Part shown: positions 1 to 3,900 of the stretch, one piece after another
Numbering within the stretch: the stretch's first letter is position 1
How the letters are laid out: each line of letters begins with the position of its first letter
Source of the DNA: Prasinococcaceae sp. CCMP 1430
Taxonomy: Eukaryota; Plantae; Prasinodermophyta
Assembly: GCA_013416795.1 (NCBI GenBank)
Contig: RQSC01001025.1
Coordinates: 1-6,053 of the forward strand
Length of the DNA: 6,053 nt
Direction of reading: 5' to 3'
Notes under the pieces: model-generated
What the model was told of the DNA's origin: nothing
What the model saw: only the letters and a program-made list of their open reading frames with translations
The model's database searches: none
Made by a program: the position numbers and the translations under genes

Positions 1-229
1 TGGGGAGGTTGTTCGGAAGCTGGCGGCGACTGCCTGCCTTTGCGTCGATCGGAAGAGGGAGGTGGTATGACGGTGGGTTCACAGGCGGCCATGAGGCCTG
101 CCACGGTGATGTGGGAGAGGCAGCCATTCTTGGCGACGATGCTGGCAAGAGCGGAGTTGCCGAGAAGTGGGTGGTGGCGCTGATGACGGTGGCAGGTGGC
201 CAACCGAGGCATGAGGAATGGGAGGGCAT

Positions 230-357
230 GGGCTCTGCTAAGTCGTAGGTACGAGCCGGTAAGTCGTAGGTACAGGCTCCAAAGTCGTAGGTACGGGCTC
301 CGTTATGTCGTAGTACGGGCTCCGTTAGGTCGTAGTACGGGCTCCGTTAGGTCGTAC
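230..357. repeat. Tandem array of six 19-23 nt units
   Basis: gggctctgctaagtcgtaggtac (230-252), gagccggtaagtcgtaggtac (253-273), aggctccaaagtcgtaggtac (274-294), gggctccgttatgtcgtagtac (295-316), gggctccgttaggtcgtagtac (317-338), gggctccgttaggtcgtac (339-357). Confidence 0.95.
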
Positions 358-400
358 GATTGGGTGGGAGCTGGCGGCAATTGCCTGCCACGACGTCCAT

Positions 401-425
401 GGGGGAGATGGGGATGCTGGGGGGG
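401..425 (+). other. Potential G-quadruplex motif
   Basis: GGGGG-agat-GGGG-atgct-GGGGGGG fits G3+N1-7 x4 if the G7 run supplies two tracts. Confidence 0.45.
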
Positions 426-534
426 TGGACGCCCAGGCGATGATTGGAAGCACCGATGAGGTTGGCTGCTAGCCAACCGAGGGGTGTGGAGTTTGGGCTG
501 TCAAAGTTCCGGTACAGGGTTGCAGGTAGATCGT

Positions 535-566
535 GTTGACAGTATCGGTGGCAGTATGGTTATATA
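535..566 (-). promoter_or_regulatory. Candidate Pol II core promoter (TATA plus Inr-like) in element sense
   Basis: TATATAA on the minus strand at 566-560, in an otherwise GC-balanced region. TCAACAC follows, with its first A at 537, 29 nt downstream of the first T. Confidence 0.35.
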
Positions 567-708
567 CAGTAGGATAGATAGGTGGTACAGGACTGGAGAG
601 GCGTGCACAAGACGGATGTGTGGAAGTTTGTGGCGCGGTGCATGGTAGCTGGTGCTGCGTGTGTTCAACACGTCTTGAGTGTCAGCAGGCCATGATGTGG
701 GTTTCGGT

Positions 709-772
709 CTAGCTGCATATGTGTGTGAGAGGTAGGCCTTCCTCAGATCAGGAGGTGGGACACATATGCTAG
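709..772. other. Inverted repeat / stem-loop in the 3' non-coding region
   Basis: 715-724 gcatatgtgt pairs perfectly with 760-769 acacatatgc; 709-711 pairs with 770-772 across a 3-nt bulge. The loop contains the near-palindrome gaggtaggccttcctc (729-744). Confidence 0.6.
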
Positions 773-976
773 CGCTGCAGCGGGATGGAGTCTGGGGAGC
801 TGGCTTGCAACCAGCAGTGCGACTCGTGGGGACATGTGCTTCGGTGTGGGCGCCACAAACAGATGTGTCTTGCCAGCGATTTGGCTATGCAGTTTGTGTA
901 TGGTGTATGAGGTTGTATTGCGAAGGTGTAATGTGTGCACAGATAGATGTTTGCGTTTGCGTATGACAAACACTAT

Positions 977-3900
977 CTATACCGTGTAGTACGGTTTGAG
1001 CCTGTCGACTGGTACTGTCTGATTCGTGCCACGACCACCTCGAGCTGATACCTTGCGGATCTCAGCATGGCCTCCTTTGGCGGTCATTGTGACAACTCGC
1101 CATGGGCCGGTCCAGATGGGTGACAGTGCATGCTTTTTGATCGTACGACCATGCACGACTGGCTTGTGCAACCAGACTTCGTCGCCTGGTTTGTAGTGCG
1201 TAGGTTGCGTATGATGTGTGCGTGTGTAGGTGTCAAGTTGGGATGCTTGTGAAGCATTCTTGACAGAGGCTAAGAGGTCTGTAGCTAGCGTGCGACGCTT
1301 GGCTATGACTTCGATGAAGGAGAGGTCTCCTTGATCAAGGGGTTTGAGGGGGGGATTGAGGTGGGGGAAGGAGAGATCCTGTGGGTGGCGTGGTTCGCGT
1401 CCATACACGAGGTAGAACGGCGAGAACCCACAGTCAGCACGAGCTGATGTGTTGTGTGAGTAGAGTGCGTGAGGAAGGAAACGGTCCCAGTCCGAACCAT
1501 GCTCCTTCACATATTTTGCAAGCACCTTTTTGATCGTTTGATTGGCTCTCTCTACCTGGCCATTGGCACGTGGTGAGTAGGCCGCGGTGGTACGGTGTTG
1601 CATGCCATACATAGAACACAACTCTTTCACGAGGTCAGCGCATAGGCCGGGCCCGCCATCAGTGATGAGGATACGGGGGGTGCTATAACGCATCACGTAA
1701 TCCTCGAAAAAGTGTCGTGCGAACGTAATCTTGCCGAGGTCTTGGCAAGCGAAGCCAGCGCAAAAGTTCGTGGCACTATCGGAGAGCATTATGAGATGCT
1801 CGTTGCCTCGGTTTGTCTTGCCAAGGGCGACTACGTGATCTACATGGATAACGTCGAGTGGCTCTACGCTAACGTGCCGTTCTTGATCGACACGCGCAAT
1901 AGCGCTAGCCTTAAACTGCTGACATACGGTGCACCGTTTGCAGTAGTCCTGTGTGGCTCTCCATAACCCGTACATCCAAAAGCGGCCAACGAGACGCTGG
2001 TGTGTCTTTTGGGTCCCAAGGTGTCCATATTGAGGAGGGTCATGGTACAGCTTGATGACAGTGGGGGCACTGTCAGGGGTTAGGACGAGTCGATGGGCAT
2101 TGCCCTGGACATGCATAAGGTCGGTTCCGTCGTGGTGCATGTATGCCAGATATTCGGGAGCATAACGGCCCTCGGTGTGAAGCTGTGCAATTAGAGCTTT
2201 GCCACTATTGTCCGGTGTGATTCGACTATAGAGAGGGTGGGCCGCTATAGAGGAGCGGATGAGAGAGAGAGCTTCGGTGCCCATGGAGGGAGGGAGGATT
2301 TCTCGAGGATCATAGGACTGAACGAGCGCACCCTGTGACTCATCGTGAGTGGTGGTGTCTACAATCGGTTCAGTGAGGTCGATAACAGATGGCACAGCGA
2401 GGTCTTCTGGAGAAAGAGGGTCTCCAGCAACATCGTCTGGCTGCTCTAGATACATGATCGAGAGGCAAAGAGGATGCTCAGGGCAGAGGTCTAAGACTGA
2501 CCTCGTACGGTCCTCTACATCTGTGAGAAGGAGTGGGAGAGGTGCCTCGAGAGGGTCGGGGACGAGAGAGGAAGGGGTAGTGAGGGTTGTGATGGCATAA
2601 GCGGGCTCAGCATCATCATCAACATCCTCGATGTGGAGGTCTACTGGAGTCTCGATGCGACTGAGAGCGTCAGCAGGTACGTTCGTCGAACCTTTTTTAT
2701 AGACGTATTCCCAATCGTAATCCGTCATACGTAGGTTCCATTTGTCGACACGGTCATTACGAAGTTTTCCTTCGCCTTTTGTTAGACTCGTGAGAGGGCC
2801 ATGGTCACCCTCTACAGCGAAATGCTTGTAGAGCAGGTAACAGCGCCAGAACGTGACAAACGATACCACAGCGTAGGCCTCACGTTCGATTGCCGGCCAC
2901 TTTCGCTGGGTTTTGCTGAGAGTTTTGCTGGCGAAACACACGGGGTGTTTGTGGCCATCATCGCCGATTTGGCTAAGCACACCGCCAATAGCATAGGCCG
3001 ATGCATCGACATCGACGATAAACTCTTTCTCGAAGTCAGGGTGGGCGAGGACTGGAGCTGTAGCGACAGCATCTTTGATCGAGTTAAATGCCGTGTTGCA
3101 TTCAGGATGGGCTGTCCAGAGTGCCTGGAAGTCCGTGTCCGGGAGACCATCACGATTCAGGGCAGTCAATGGCAAGGCTCGCTTGCTGTAGTTCTTAATG
3201 AACTTGCGATACCAATTGCCTAGGCCGAGAAAACGTTGGATGTCTTTAACACTCGTCGGGACGGGCCATTGTTTGAGGACCTCGACCTTAAGCGGATCGG
3301 GACGTACACCATCACAGTCAACGACATGACCAAGAATGGTCACTTCGCGACGGAAAAAGGTGCACTTCGAAGGTTTGAGAAAGATGCCAAATCTCTCAAA
3401 ACGTTCGAAAATGTCCGTCAATACGGTAAAGTGCTCTTCTACCGTCTTAGAATAGATCGTTATGTCGTCAATGTACACGAGAGCTCCGTGCCAAAGCATC
3501 GTGCTCAGGACCAAGTTCATACATCGTTGAAAGTGCGCGGGTCCATTGCGTGGGCCAAAAGGCAGGACCATCCACTCATACGACGCATCCGGTGTGATAA
3601 AACCGGTCTTATGTCGGTCTGTAGCTCGAATACGCACTTGGTTAAAACCAGTATCGGCGTCGAAGCTAGAGAAAACTTTTGCTCCTTCGAGGTTATCGAG
3701 GTAGTCATCTATGCGGGGTATGGGATAGACCATAGCCTTCGTGATCTTGTTGAGACGACGGTAGTCATAACAGACTCGTCGCTCGGTAGATCGAGGCTTG
3801 GGTACATTGATAACGGGAGCTGCGTATGGACCAGTCATGGGGCGAATGAAACCGCGTTGGAGAAGCTCGGCCATGGTTTTCCGGTACAGCTCACGATCTT

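Larger units (their letters stand above)
18..482. repeat. Two dispersed direct-repeat blocks flanking the tandem array
   Basis: Block A: 18-38 vs 369-389, 19/21 identical. Block B: 182-209 vs 455-482, 23/28 identical. The order is the same (A then B) on each side of the array. Confidence 0.75.

Noticed and set aside
259-264. GTAAGT splice donor on +, and CTAAC branch-point-like words in the array on -
   Set aside because: Single short matches produced by repeat units; no supporting exon-intron structure can be shown from this window.
230-357. CRISPR array
   Set aside because: Units abut directly, and the variable parts are 8-11 nt and related to one another rather than unique 25-45 nt spacers. 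There are no cas genes and the context is a eukaryotic retroelement.
196-459. 87-aa + strand ORF
   Set aside because: It is mostly a translation of the tandem array (SRRY repeats) and G-runs. The 22-nt units do not keep codon phase.
661-670. TGTTGAACAC on the minus strand as the 3' LTR start
   Set aside because: It resembles common LTR 5' ends, but the preceding sequence (GCTGACACTCAAGACG) is not a polypurine tract.
766-969. 66-aa ORFs at 766..966 (+) and 769..969 (-)
   Set aside because: Short, low-complexity GT/CA-rich translations with no recognisable motif.
743-1100. C-terminal chromodomain
   Set aside because: The integrase ends at RLKPYYTV*, and neither it nor the downstream frames listed in the ORF track show the aromatic-cage signature.
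2260-2271. (GA)n microsatellite
   Set aside because: Only about 5-6 units and in-frame coding (Ala-Leu-Ser-Leu-Ile).
2267-2656. Additional archaeal-type RNase H (as in Tat/Ogre) in the RH-IN linker
   Set aside because: No DG(A/S)-type first motif or conserved acidic spacing; the composition looks disordered.
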